This document shows, in pieces, positions 29,101 to 43,162 of a DNA stretch of 64,000 nucleotides. The notes below the pieces were generated by a model. The model worked only from the letters and a program-made list of their open reading frames with translations, had not been told where the DNA came from and searched no databases. Numbering within the stretch: position 1 is the first letter of the stretch; each line of letters begins with the position of its first letter. Source of the stretch: Eledone cirrhosa (lineage: Eukaryota). Location of the stretch: positions 95,418,001 to 95,482,000 of the forward strand of contig OZ024743.1 in assembly GCA_964016885.1 (NCBI GenBank), given 5' to 3'. A program made the position numbers and the translations under genes.

Positions 29101-30040
29101 TGTCACATTCTCTCACCCTCTATTTCCACTGTCACATACTCTCACTCTCTATTTCCACTGTCACATACTCTCACTCTCTATTTCCACTGTCACATTCTCT
29201 CACTCTCTATTTCCACTGTCACATTCTCTCACTCTCTATTTCCACTGTCACATACTCTCACTCTCTATTTCCACTGTCACATTCTCTCACTCTCTATTTC
29301 CACTGTCACATTCTCTCACCCTCTATTTCCACTGTCACATTCTCTCACTCTCTATTTCCACTGTCACATTCTCTCACTCTCTATTTCCACTGTCACATTC
29401 TCTCACTCTCTATTTCCACTGTCACATACTCTCACTCTCTATTTCCACTGTCACATTCTCTCACTCTCTATTTCCACTGTCACATACTCTCACTCTCTAT
29501 TTCCACTGTCACATTCTCTCACTCTCTATTTCCACTGTCACATTCTCTCACTCTCTATTTCCACTGTCACATACTCTCACTCTCTATTTCCACTGTCACA
29601 TTCTCTCACTCTCTATTTCCACTGTCACATTCTCTCACTCTCTATTTCCACTGTCACATTCTCTCACTCTCTATTTCCACTGTCACATACTCTCACTCTC
29701 TATTACCACTGTCACATTCTCTCACTCTCTATTTCCACTGTCACATTCTCTCACTCTCTATTTCCACTGTCACATCTCTCACTCTCTATTTCCACTGTCA
29801 CATTCTCTCACTCTCTATTACCACTGTCACATTCTCTTACTCTCTATTTCCACTGTCACATACTCTCACTCTCTATTTCCACTGTCACATACTCTCACTC
29901 TCTATTTCCACTGTCTCATTCTCTCACTCTCTATTTCCACTGTCACATTCTCTCACTCTCTATTTCCACTGTCACATTCTCTCACTCTCTATTACCACTG
30001 TCTCATTCTCTCACTCTCTATTTCCACTGTCACATTCTCT
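23127..30040. repeat. 29-bp satellite, ~238 copies (ccactgtcacattctctcactctctattt)
   Basis: direct; the 29-aa periodicity in all three + frames is the translational signature. Confidence 0.98.
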
Positions 30041-30209
30041 TTTATCTTTATCAATCTGGGAAAAACCGATTGTTGACAATTGGTTACATCAAATTTAAAA
30101 ATGTCCCAGTCACGCCGTTTGTCACACAATTATTCATAAGATTCTATAAGGATTTGTAAGCCCAAAATAAATCATATGTGTGCTTAGGGGTGAAGGAGTG
30201 TTCTCTTGT

Positions 30210-30450
30210 AGTTACAGTTTTGGCCTAACGATCGTAATGTCGTAGGTTCGATTCTTAGACCGAGTAGCACGTTGCATTCTTGAGCGAAACAATTCATTTC
30301 AGGTTGCTCCAGTCCAGTCAGCTGAAACTGAGTACCAGCAGTAGCTAGAGGTTAAACCTGCAATAGACTGACATACTGCCCAAGAAGTAGGTGGGGTGGT
30401 TATACACTCATTCGATTACCACAAATTAAACCGGGATAGGCACCCATCTG
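30210..30450 (+). mobile_element. degraded SINE S2
   Basis: ggttcgattc B-box, ttcttgagcgaaacaattcatttcaggttgctccagtcc. Confidence 0.6.
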
Positions 30451-30498
30451 ATAGGGCCGGGCTTGGGATAGACTTTATATTTAACCTACATACATACC

Positions 30499-30565
<67 letters not shown>

Positions 30566-30568
<3 letters not shown>

Positions 30569-30741
30569 AACGAGTAGGACCCCGACGGCTGAGCTCAAGC
30601 CGTTTCGACGGAATTAGCCGTCGAAACGGCTTGAGCTCAGCCGTCGGGGTCCTACTCGTTCCTATTACCCACTCTACTACCCTAAGTATTGAGTACTTTG
30701 GTGCGTTATGGTCCACCTAGTTCCTTACCACATTTTCTTCG

Positions 30742-30743
<2 letters not shown>
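30566..30743 (+). mobile_element. family A hairpin+tail remnant in (TA)n
   Basis: perfect arms 30567-30611/30619-30663 plus tail. Confidence 0.92.
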
Positions 30744-30795
<52 letters not shown>

Positions 30796-31004
30796 ATAAA
30801 CACAGTAATATATATATATACATATATATATATATATGTGTGTGTGTGTGTTAGGTAATTCCGAAGGAAAAGCAAAGGAAAATAGAGTGCTCTATTTAAT
30901 TAGAAAGTGAACACAAAATATAACTACTCCATTACCAAGGTTACTAGATCATAGACAATAATAATATAATATACGTCTGTGATCCAGAAACCGTTGGTAA
31001 TGGA

Positions 31005-31045
<41 letters not shown>

Positions 31046-31637
31046 ATGGAGTATATATATATATATATATATATAAAGCGGAGGAGGGGGGGGGGAAGAA
31101 AAAGAGATATGCTGATATACATATATACAGATAACAGTTAAAAATAAATACAGTCATAGCAAAGAGAAGAGGTATATATATACTGACAGATGCCAGGAAA
31201 TAGTCCTTTAGACTATTACAAGTGACGATTATTATTGTAGATGTTTTGGTACCTTGAAATTAGTTGCGGAAACAATGATTCTCGTGAAATTTCAAGTACT
31301 AATAGAGTGTACTCACCACACATTTTTATTGGACTCATTTTCAGATATTTTCAAACTACTACTCAAAACAGACATGCGTATAAACACATACACACAAACA
31401 TAAATACAGATGCAAATCCACACACACACACACACACACATACACAGATATATATCTATATACACATGATACTATTGATGAGTGTTGTGAAAATATTCAT
31501 AGAAACAGTCTAACATTAAACAAATATGTAATGAAAGAATGTATGTGAGCTGAGCATAATTATTTGTTTCGAAGTTACTGCCACCTTTTTCATCAATATA
31601 TATATATATATACGTACATACATAGACACGCACACAC

Positions 31638-31694
<57 letters not shown>

Positions 31695-31698
<4 letters not shown>

Positions 31699-31871
31699 AA
31701 AAAGTATGACCTCGACGGCAGAGCTCAAGCCGTTTCGACGGGTATTTCCGTCGAAACGGCTTGAGCTCTGCCGTCGGGGTCATACTTTTTCCTATTTCCC
31801 ACTCTATTACCTTAAGTATTGAGTACTCTGGTGCGTTATGGTCCATCTGGTTCCTTACCACAATTCCTTTG

Positions 31872-31873
<2 letters not shown>
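31695..31873 (+). mobile_element. family A hairpin+tail remnant (second subfamily) in (TA)n
   Basis: arms ggaaaaagtatgac...gacgg / ccgtc...tactttttcc plus tail. Confidence 0.92.
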
Positions 31874-31913
<40 letters not shown>

Positions 31914-32007
31914 TATGTTAAGTTATCAATACATAAATGTGTATGATGATTATGTTTCTCAATAAATAAGATCAGACAATCAATTATTCAAATAGATATA
32001 TACACAG

Positions 32008-32233
32008 AGAGAGATAACCATATATTGTTTAAGAAACATAGTATTTTGTACATATATACATATAAAGCACATAATATTCAGGAAAATATACGTACTTTAA
32101 GGTGGAAAAAGCCGTTTCTTCTTCTTCTTTACGGGTTTTACTACCTTAAAGTACGTACATTTTCTTGAATATCATTTGCTTTATATATGTACAAAATAGT
32201 GTGTGTTTCTAAAACGATATACGGTTCTCTCTA
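32008..32233. repeat. imperfect ~105-bp-arm inverted repeat (foldback remnant)
   Basis: tattttgtacatata...tacgtactttaaggtgg vs ctaccttaaagtacgta...tatgtacaaaata around a (TTC)n spacer. Confidence 0.8.
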
Positions 32234-32234
32234 G

Positions 32235-32316
<82 letters not shown>

Positions 32317-32559
32317 ATATATATATATATATAAATATATTTACATCGCTATTTCAGAGCACCAATCTTAATAATCTGCCTAACCCATTTTACATGAGAT
32401 TTTATATGGTTTACAAAACAGGCTTCAGAGAGAAGGACATGGTAACAGAAATTATTAAATTGATTCCAATAATCAATATTTTCAATCCCTAACTCACCCT
32501 TTTCTTGGTGACCATTTTAGCTCTACGTTTGCTTTTTTCGTTTCATCCAAGAATTGATA

Positions 32560-32860
32560 CCCTGATTTAATTGTCTTTCTCCGTGTATTACGACCAAGAC
32601 CTTACTTTTCCCATTTATTTATTTCTAAACACAGACATTTTACATTGTCCGTAATATAATCTGTGTTCATTCTCTTAACCCTATGCTGTGATCTTTTTCC
32701 TTGCACAAAATATATTACCTTTGCAAGACTTGCTTCATCCACGCGAAGAAGATGTCCTACCCACCGCATCTGACTCTTAATGCCAAGGGAACTGATTGCA
32801 GTACACTCCGATTATTGTAAAACTTCAGGGTCAGGTGTCATACTTCACCATTTATTACCT
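32560..32860 (-). pseudogene. degraded RTE-clade LINE C-terminal fragment
   Basis: KSQMRWVGHLLRVDEASLAK..QGKRS resembles RTE 'RWxGHxxRM...GKR'. Confidence 0.65.
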
Positions 32861-32970
32861 AGGATCTGACGAAGGCACTCTTGTTGGACTCTTTCATATA
32901 TGGGGAGCGGTCCATGCTTCATCCCATACAACAAAACTTTAAACACACATGCCTCGTATACAGTTATTTT

Positions 32971-33029
<59 letters not shown>

Positions 33030-33317
33030 GGCGTGTGTATGTATACATATATGTACGTAAGTATATATACATATACGTGTGTGTGTGTGTGATAGTGTGT
33101 TCGTAAGTGTGCACGTGTATGGATGTTCACATGTTTTTATATCTATTTAATTAATTACTTAATAAAACGTGCTATATTCCTTTTCAGTGGTGGTGTGATA
33201 TCAAATAAAGTAAAGGGATCCTCTTTATTGACAAAAAGACAATTTCCCTGTAGAAAACAAGATATGTTGCATAGGTGCTAATCTGAAATGGCACTTTCGT
33301 TTTCTTGGGACAACATC

Positions 33318-33364
<47 letters not shown>

Positions 33365-33408
33365 TGTGTGTGTGTGTGTATATATATATATACACATACA
33401 CATATAAA

Positions 33409-33475
<67 letters not shown>

Positions 33476-33477
<2 letters not shown>

Positions 33478-33558
33478 CGTCGTTTTTGAATTTGTTTTGC
33501 GAGATTTCTTATATGAAAACGTGAGTTATTGGTAACATGACCCTCCCAAAGTGTAACA

Positions 33559-33562
<4 letters not shown>
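33476..33562. mobile_element. family C tail plus short inverted arm in (TA)n
   Basis: 33476-33530 matches 54416-54470; 33533-33562 matches 55613-55644. Confidence 0.75.
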
Positions 33563-33610
<48 letters not shown>

Positions 33611-33730
33611 CAAGGTAAAATCCCGACCGCGGCGTGGTTTTGGCTTATTTCTATATTTCTATAGATTGTGTATATGATTTGAAATGACACTGGCGCCAAG
33701 CTGTATCGGTGTTAGGCTTTACCTTGGACA

Positions 33731-35537
33731 ACATGTGTGACACGAGAGCCACCCTGGGGACCTATTCTTCAACATCTGTGACACGAGAGCCACCCTGGGG
33801 GCCTATTCTTCAACATGTGTGACACGAGAGCCACCCTGAGGACCTATTCTTCAACATCTGTGACACGAGAGCCACCCTGGGGACCTATTCTTCAACGTGT
33901 AACACAAGAGCCACCCTAGGGACCTATTCTTCAACATCTGTGACACGAGAGCCACCCTGGGGACCTATTCTTCAACATGTGCGACACGAGAGCCACCCTA
34001 GGGACCTATTCTTCAACGTGTAACACGAGAGCCACCCTGGGGACCTATTCTTCAACATATGTGACACAAGAGCCACCCTGGGGACCTATTCTTCAACGTG
34101 TGACACGAGAGCCACCCTGGGGACCTATTCTTCAACATGTGTGACACGAGAGCCACCCTGGGGACCTATTCTTCAACGTGTGACACAAGAGCCACCCTGG
34201 GGACCTATTCTTCAACGTGTGACACGAGAGCCACCCTGGGGACCTATTCTTCAACATGTGTGACACGAGAGCCACCCTAGGGACCTATTCTTCAACGTGT
34301 GACACGAGAGCCACCCTAGGGACCTATTCTTCAACGTTTAACACGAGAGCCACCCTGGGGACCTATTCTTCAACATGTGTGACACAAGAGCCACCCTGGG
34401 GACCTATTCTTCAACGTGTGACACGAGAGCCACCCTGGTGACCTATTCTTCAACATGTGTGACACGAGAGCCACCCTAGGGACCTATTCTTCAACGTGTG
34501 ACACGAGAGCCACCCTGGGGACCTATTCTTCAACATGTGTGACACAAGAGCCACCCTGGGGACCTATTCTTCAACATGTGTGACACAAGAGCCACCCTGG
34601 GGACCTATTCTTCAACATGTGTGACACGAGAGCCACCCTGGGGACCTATTCTTCAACATGTGTGACACAAGAGCCACCCTGGGGACCTATTCTTCAACGT
34701 GTGACACGAGAGCCACCCTGGGGACCTATTCTTCAACATGTGTGACACGAGACCCACCCTGGGGTCCTATTCTTCAACGTGTGACACGAGAGCCACCCTG
34801 GGGACCAATTCTTCAACATGTATGACACGAGAGCCACCCTGGGGACCTATTCTTCAACATGTGTGACACGAGACCCACCCTGGGGACCTATTCTTCAACG
34901 TGTGACACGAGAGCCACCCTGGGGACCAATTCTTCAACATGTGTGACACGAGAGCCTCCCTGGGGACCTATTCTTCAACATGTGTGACACGAGAGCCACC
35001 CTGGGGACCTATTCTTCAACGTGTGACACGAGAGCCACCCTGGGGACCAATTCTTCAACATGTGTGACACGAGAGCCACCCTGGGGACCTATTCTTCAAC
35101 ATGTGTGACACAAGAGCCACCCTGGGGACCAATTCTTCAACATGTGTGACACAAGAGCCACCCTGGGGACCTATTCTTCAACGTGTGACACGAGAGCCAC
35201 CCTGGGGACCTATTCTTCAACGTGTGACACAAGAGCCACCCTGGGGACCTATTCTTCAACGTGTGACACGAGAGCCACCCTGGGGACCTATTCTTCAACA
35301 TGTGTGACACGAGAGCCACCCTAGGGACCTATTCTTCAACGTGTGACACGAGAGCCACCCTGGGGACCTATTCTTCAACATGTGTGACACAAGAGCCACC
35401 CTGGGGACCTATTCTTCAACATGTGTGACACAAGAGCCACCCTGGGGACCTATTCTTCAACATGTGTGACACGAGACCCACCCTGGGGACCTATTCTTCA
35501 ACGTGTGACACGAGAGCCACCCTGGAGACCTATTCTT
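33731..35537. repeat. 39/41-bp minisatellite, ~45 copies (ac[at]gtgtgacacgagagccaccctggggacctattcttca)
   Basis: direct; contiguous units, no spacers. Confidence 0.97.
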
Positions 35538-36059
35538 ATACAAGTGATATGGATGTAATATAAATGCCAATAAACTACTCAATAGTCCCTTAACAAAAGC
35601 ACGTGTATTCTTTTTCTGATGGAAGACTGAGAGAACTACATTGAAATTAAAGGGTCCCCCATTTTTACACAAACATACAGACCCCCACACCCACACAGAC
35701 AAACATACTATTACACACATACACAGACATACTATTACACACATACACAGACATACTATTACACACATACACAGACAAACATACTATTACACACATACAC
35801 AGACAAACATACTATTACACACATACACAGACAAACATACTATTACACACACTAATACACACACATACACAGACAAGCACACTAGCACACACACAAACAC
35901 ACACATACATAGATACACAGACAAGCACACTAGTACACACACATACACAGAAAAACACACACATACATACACAGACAAGCACACTAATACACATATACAC
36001 AGACAAACACACAAATACACATACATACACACTAGTATACACTCACACACGCTTATTTT

Positions 36060-36496
36060 TCGACCTCCCTCGGTTCAGACGACCACAACAGAACAGCCTG
36101 CTTGTGGAATTAACGGGTAAGTGGCTGAGCATTCTACAGACACGTGTAACCTTAACATAGCTCTAAAGATGTGACACGGTGTGTGACAAAGCCAGTCCTT
36201 TCAATTACAGGTTCTATTCAAACGTTTCCAAACAGTTTCCGTCTACCCTAACAAAGTATTCCCCAGACACCGGTGTCCCCTTAACGTTGCTAGTAGAATC
36301 ATTCAGCATGACACATTGTGTGACAAGCCTGGCCCTTTAAAACTACAGGTGTCATTCATCACTGCCAGGGGAATACACTGGATTAAAGTAAAATAAAGTG
36401 ACTTAGCCATGAAAATAAGGTAATGTTGGGGATCAAACTGACGACCTTATGATTGGGAGCCGAATGTTCTAACCATTCGGCCACGCGCCTTCACAA
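36060..36496 (-). mobile_element. SINE S2, degraded
   Basis: revcomp head tgtgaaggcgcgtggccgaatggttag...gtttgatcccc; contains two copies of the segment amplified at 48 kb. Confidence 0.75.
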
Positions 36497-36978
36497 CACA
36501 CACAGACACTAAACCACGGGACTTGACTATTTATATGATAACAACATGAATAATTTATGAAATATAATTGTTTCTATACTGTACAAAAGATTTTAGATAA
36601 GTTGAAATATAATTTAAGTTATATCAGTTTGTTTACCTTCCACTGCCGCAGGCTATGTTTATCCTCTCTCCCAAAGTATTCCTTATAATACAATCAAAGT
36701 ATCTACACTCATACATGATTGTGTTAACTATACAGGAAAACAGACTAAGGCCACTTAGAATAAACTATTCAGAGCCTTAATAGGGTGTGAACATGGATAC
36801 ATATATATGTATATAAGATATTTTAAAAAAACCTTTGATATGCAATAAAGATAACATAAATTGTCGAGTATATACAAATAGATGTATTTTGGTAGTTTTG
36901 GGAGAAACATATAATTAGGGGGGAGGGGGCATGACTCCCCCCCCCCTCCCAAGTTCCACCGACCAAATATATATATAT

Positions 36979-37067
<89 letters not shown>

Positions 37068-37139
37068 CATATGTGTGTGCGTGTGTATTATAGGATATGA
37101 TACCCAATGGTCAACTTAAGCGTTTCGATGGCAAGATTG

Positions 37140-37174
<35 letters not shown>

Positions 37175-37216
37175 TGGATTACCTACAACGATAACTTGTT
37201 ATCCCGTATATATATG

Positions 37217-37818
37217 GCATACGTCAAGACGGGCGGTCTGGAAAGTGAAAGTAATTTTTGACACTGTGAATTTGTTTGTTTTTTCGTCCAGCCATATTTG
37301 ATGTGACACTGTATTAGAATCCAGCCCTTCGGTGCTTCGTTTAAAAAAAATAAAATTTCCCCAGCCCTTCTGACGCCAATCTACCTTTCTGACCCCAAGC
37401 TGCCCCTCTGACACAAATCCCTTATCATTCTCTGTCCTTCTTATGACCCGACCTTAATTTCTTTGGGGACAGAGAGTTGGTGCCAACAAGTTTGGCTTGA
37501 TGTACAAACACATATATACACACAAACATATATATACGCCTAAACCCATGCTTGCGTGGAAGATAGACGTTAAACGATGATGATGACACAAACACATATA
37601 TATATACAAACACACATATATATATATATATACATACAGACACACATATATATACACACATATACACACCCACACATATATATATATTAAGAAATCCATA
37701 CAATTGCGTGTGTATCGTAACTTTCACTATTGAGACCTGTTGTAAAAAAAGAAAAACAAACAAATTCACAGTGTCAAAAATTACTTTCACTTTCCAGACC
37801 GCCCGTCTTGACCTATGC
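37217..37818. mobile_element. element with ~67-bp inverted termini flanked by TA repeats (MITE or foldback remnant)
   Basis: ggcata(c/g)gtcaagacgggcggtctggaaagtgaaag...tttgtttt at 37217-37283, reverse complement at 37752-37818; internal LINE-tail-like gacgttaaacgatgatgatga. Confidence 0.75.
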
Positions 37819-37831
37819 CTATATATATATA

Positions 37832-38042
37832 TAAGTAAAAAGGGATATTTAATTTGTTGATAATTCAACAAATATATATATATTTATAACTGATTCGACT
37901 CCTTCCTGGCTATGTCAATATTTATAAAACAAACTTTGTATTTTATCTGATGAGGGCGTACCAAAGTTTTGGTACCCTTGAAACATATATAATAGAATAA
38001 ATATGGTTTTATAAATATAGTTTCCATTTATTTAATATCATT
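37832..38042 (+). mobile_element. Penelope-type family D remnant with hammerhead at 37939-37999
   Basis: tattttat-CTGATGA-gggcgtacc aaagtttt ggtaccctt-GAAA-catat-ata-atagaata; shares sequence with 44760-44897. Confidence 0.75.
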
Positions 38043-38060
38043 GTCTCTCTATATATATAT

Positions 38061-38149
<89 letters not shown>

Positions 38150-38221
38150 CGGAAACATGTAGAAATCTCTGAATGTAATGTTTGGTTATATACTTCTTGT
38201 TTCTTTCCTTCTGTCACATAA

Positions 38222-41200
38222 GTCATAGCACCGGCTACCTGTTGCTGTCATACCATCGGCTACCTGTTGCTGTCATACAGTCATACCACTGGCTACCTGT
38301 TGCTGTCATACAGTCATACCACTGGCTACCTGTTGCTGTCATACCATCGGCTACCTGTTGCTGTCATACAGTCATACCACTGGCTACCTGTTGCTGTCAT
38401 ACAGTCATACCACTGGCTACCTGTTGCTGTCATACCATCGGCTACCTGTTGCTGTCATACAGTCATACCACTGGCTACCTGTTGCTGTCATACAGTCATA
38501 CCACTGGCTACCTGTTGCTGTCATACAGTCATACCACTGGCTACCTGTTGCTGTCATACCATCGGCTACCTGTTGCTGTCATACAGTCATACCACTGGCT
38601 ACCTGTTGCTGTCATACAGTCATACCACTGGCTACCTGTTGCTGTCATACCATCGGCTACCTGTTGCTGTCATACAGTCATACCACTGGCTACCTGTTGC
38701 TGTCATACCATCGGCTACCTGTTGCTGTCATACAGTCATACCACTGGCTACCTGTTGCTGTCATACAGTCATACCACTGGCTACCTGTTGCTGTCATACC
38801 ATCGGCTACCTGTTGCTGTCATACAGTCATACCACTGGCTACCTGTTGCTGTCATACCATCGGCTACCTGTTGCTGTCATACAGTCATACCACTGGCTAC
38901 CTGTTGCTGTCATACAGTCATACCACTGGCTACCTGTTGCTGTCATACCATCGGCTACCTGTTGCTGTCATACAGTCATACCACTGGCTACCTGTTGCTG
39001 TCATACCATCGGCTACCTGTTGCTGTCATACAGTCATACCACTGGCTACCTGTTGCTGTCATACCATCGGCTACCTGTTGCTGTCATACAGTCATACCAC
39101 TGGCTACCTGTTGCTGTCATACCATCGGCTACCTGTTGCTGTCATACAGTCATACCACTGGCTACCTGTTGCTGTCATACAGTCATACCACTGGCTACCT
39201 GTTGCTGTCATACAGTCATACCACTGGCTACCTGTTGCTGTCATACCATCGGCTACCTGTTGCTGTCATACAGTCATACCACTGGCTACCTGTTGCTGTC
39301 ATACAGTCATACCACTGGCTACCTGTTGCTGTCATACAGTCATACCACTGGCTACCTGTTGCTGTCATACCATCGGCTACCTGTTGCTGTCATACAGTCA
39401 TACCACTGGCTACCTGTTGCTGTCATACCATCGGCTACCTGTTGCTGTCATACAGTCATACCACTGGCTACCTGTTGCTGTCATACCATCGGCTACCTGT
39501 TGCTGTCATACAGTCATACCACTGGCTACCTGTTGCTGTCATACAGTCATACCACTGGCTACCTGTTGCTGTCATACAGTCATACCACTGGCTACCTGTT
39601 GCTGTCATAGCACCGGCTACCTGTCATAGTCATAGACATAGCACCGGCTACCTGTTGCTGTCATACCATCGGCTACCTGTTGCTGTCATACAGTCATACC
39701 ACTGGCTACCTGTTGCTGTCATACAGTCATACCACTGGCTACCTGTTGCTGTCATACAGTCATACCACTGGCTACCTGTTGCTGTCATACCATCGGCTAC
39801 CTGTTGCTGTCATACAGTCATACCACTGGCTACCTGTTGCTGTCATACAGTCATACCACTGGCTACCTGTTGCTGTCATACAGTCATACCACTGGCTACC
39901 TGTTGCTGTCATAGCACCGGCTACCTGTCATAGTCATAGACATAGCACCGGCTACCTGTTGCTGTCATACCATCGGCTACCTGTTGCTGTCATACAGTCA
40001 TACCACTGGCTACCTGTTGCTGTCATACAGTCATACCACTGGCTACCTGTTGCTGTCATACAGTCATACCACTGGCTACCTGTTGCTGTCATACCATCGG
40101 CTACCTGTTGCTGTCATACAGTCATACCACTGGCTACCTGTTGCTGTCATACAGTCATACCACTGGCTACCTGTTGCTGTCATACAGTCATACCACTGGC
40201 TACCTGTTGCTGTCATAGCACCGGCTACCTGTCATAGTCATAGACATAGCACCGGCTACCTGTTGCTGTCATACCATCGGCTACCTGTTGCTGTCATACA
40301 GTCATACCACTGGCTACCTGTTGCTGTCATACAGTCATACCACTGGCTACCTGTTGCTGTCATACAGTCATACCACTGGCTACCTGTTGCTGTCATACCA
40401 TCGGCTACCTGTTGCTGTCATACAGTCATACCACTGGCTACCTGTTGCTGTCATACAGTCATACCACTGGCTACCTGTTGCTGTCATACAGTCATACCAC
40501 TGGCTACCTGTTGCTGTCATAGCACCGGCTACCTGTCATAGTCATAGACATAGCACCGGCTACCTGTTGCTGTCATACCATCGGCTACCTGTTGCTGTCA
40601 TACAGTCATACCACTGGCTACCTGTTGCTGGCATAGCACCGGCTACCTGTTGCTGTCATACCACTGGCTACCTGTTGCTGTCATAGCACCGGCTACCTGT
40701 CATAGTCATAGACATACCACAGGCTACCTGTTGCTGTCATAGCACCGGCTACCTGTTGCTGTCATACAGTCATACCACTGGCTACCTGTTGCTGTCATAC
40801 CACTGGCTACCTGTTGCTGTCATACCACTGGCTACCTGTTGCTGTCATACAGTCATACCACTGGCTACCTGTTGCTGTCATACCACTGGCTACCTGTTGC
40901 TGTCATACAGTCATACCACTGGCTACCTGTTGCTGTCATACCATCGGCTACCTGTCATAGTCATAGACATACCACAGGCTACCTGTTGCTGTCATAGCAC
41001 CGGCTACCTGTTGCTGTCATACAGTCATACCACTGGCTACCTGTTGCTGTCATACCACTGGCTACCTGTTGCTGTCATACCACTGGCTACCTGTTGCTGT
41101 CATACAGTCATACCACTGGCTACCTGTTGCTGTCATACCATCGGCTACCTGTCATAGTCATAGACATACCACTGGCTACCTGTTGCTGTCATAGCACCGG

Positions 41201-41436
41201 CTACCTGTCATAGTCATAGACATACCACTGGCTACCTGTTGCTGTCATAGCACCGGCTACCTGTCATAGTCATAGACATAGCACCGGCTACCTGTTGCTG
41301 TCATAGCACCGGCTACCTGTTGCTGTCATAGCACCGGCTACCTGTTGCTGTCATACCACTGGCTACCTGTCATACAGTCATAGCACCGGCTACCTGTTGC
41401 TGTCATAGCACCGGCTACCTGTCATACAGTATAGCA
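38222..41436. repeat. minisatellite of interspersed 25-bp and 33-bp units with a 304-bp higher-order repeat
   Basis: ggctacctgttgctgtcataccatc and ggctacctgttgctgtcatacagtcataccact; equivalent ORF starts at 39680, 39984, 40288. Confidence 0.97.
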
Positions 41437-41941
41437 TGCCGGGGATGAGATATTTCACTTGGATGAAACAGTTCTACTGCTTCACATCACTCTCTCAACT
41501 ATGTGTGTGGGAGAGTGTCTTGGTGTGTGTGTGTTTATGATGGTGCGTTTGTGGTGTGTATGTGGGTGGCGTATGTCTTTGTGTGAATGTGTGCGTGGGA
41601 GAGTATTTGTGCGTGTGTTTATGATGGTGCGGTTTTGTTGTGTTTGAGGGTGGCGTGTGTAAGTGTGGTGTGTGATATCTAGCTGTATGGTATGGGGGAG
41701 ATGTGTATGTGTGTGGTTGCGTGGGTGTGCTTATGTATGTGTGAGTGTGGGAGGGTGCACGTGCTCGGAGGTGTATATATGTTGGTGTGGGTGTTAAAAT
41801 ATATATATGATGTGTGCTATAAGATTGTTTGTATAATGATATATAATCCATGGGCGTGTGTGTTATATTCGAAAACATTTATACTCAGGTATTACAGGTA
41901 ATATAAGTATGACAGACGCCACAATCAAACACACACACACA

Positions 41942-42006
<65 letters not shown>

Positions 42007-42138
42007 GTGTAGTTGACGGCCGAGAGAAAAGAGAACTCATTACCGAAATTGTGTTTAAGTACTCATTTTATTATGGCTAAATAGTTTTAAGGCTTAATAA
42101 TATGAATATATATATATATATATATACACACTCTGGCA

Positions 42139-42167
<29 letters not shown>

Positions 42168-42169
<2 letters not shown>

Positions 42170-42280
42170 TGAAACAGTTCTAGTCCTGTAGAAGCTCTTC
42201 TCTATTAAAACTTTTTATACTCTGCTATGTATTGAGTATCTTACTTACTGTGGTTACCTCCGATTCAACCCGGAATAACA
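42168..42280 (+). mobile_element. family B 3' remnant in (TA)n
   Basis: aatgaaacagttctagtcctgtagaag...tactgtggttacctccgatt; reverse complement of the tail also at ~20825-20862. Confidence 0.7.
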
Positions 42281-42354
42281 TATATATATATGAAAACGAA
42301 ATTTCATACATACTTACATGTATATACTAATTTCCCTTAAACATTGACAATAAT

Positions 42355-42484
42355 TGTTTCTACTTCAGGCACAAAACCAGAAATTACCCAGTGTATTACT
42401 GGTACTTTATTTTATCGACCCCGTAAGGATGAAAGGCAAAGTCAACCACGGCGGGATTTGAACTCAGATCGTAAAGGGACGTAG
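42355..42484 (-). mobile_element. 5'-truncated SINE S1 with 14-bp TSD
   Basis: TSD acattgacaataat at 42341-42354 and 42485-42498. Confidence 0.9.
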
Positions 42485-42572
42485 ACATTGACAATAATAC
42501 ACACGAGCACCAATATACGTACATACAAAATTACACACTCTCCCATAACACACATATATATAAATATACAGT

Positions 42573-42652
<80 letters not shown>

Positions 42653-42845
42653 AAGGGTGTGTGTGATTCAATGTTGTTCTACACCGGTCTAAAGCTAAAT
42701 GTTATGTCCATGTAGCTGTTTTGAATTAGCGGTTCGATGGGAACGGTTGAATGAATGAACTTATTATATGTTTGTGTGTGTGTGTGTGTGTGCGTGTATG
42801 TGTATATATGTCCCTGTGTGAGTGTGTTTGTATGTGTGTGTCTTT

Positions 42846-43030
42846 ATCATTATTCAATATAGAAATGATTTCTACAGGACTAGAACTGTTTCATTCATAA
42901 GAAATCATCAGTATACCTCATGATTTCTTACGAATGAAACAGTTCTAGTCCTGTAGAAGTAATTTCTATATTAAATAATGATGTTTACACTCTAATAATG
43001 TATGGCTCCCCCCGATTTTACTCAGGTTCT
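42846..43030 (+). mobile_element. family B hairpin+tail remnant
   Basis: arms 42846-42908/42920-42982, each carrying the hammerhead 3' half. Confidence 0.85.
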
Positions 43031-43078
43031 ACACACACACATAAATATACAGATACACACACACATATATTTATTGTA

Positions 43079-43162
<84 letters not shown>

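Noticed and set aside
22966-30159. 2397-aa ORF and overlapping 677/916/829-aa ORFs
   Set aside because: Pure translation of the 29-bp satellite; the same peptide appears in all three frames.
33731-35537. CRISPR-like array
   Set aside because: Units are contiguous with no unique spacers, there are no cas genes, and the context is eukaryotic.
38182-41157. Cys/His-rich repeat proteins
   Set aside because: Translation of the 25/33-bp minisatellite in all frames.
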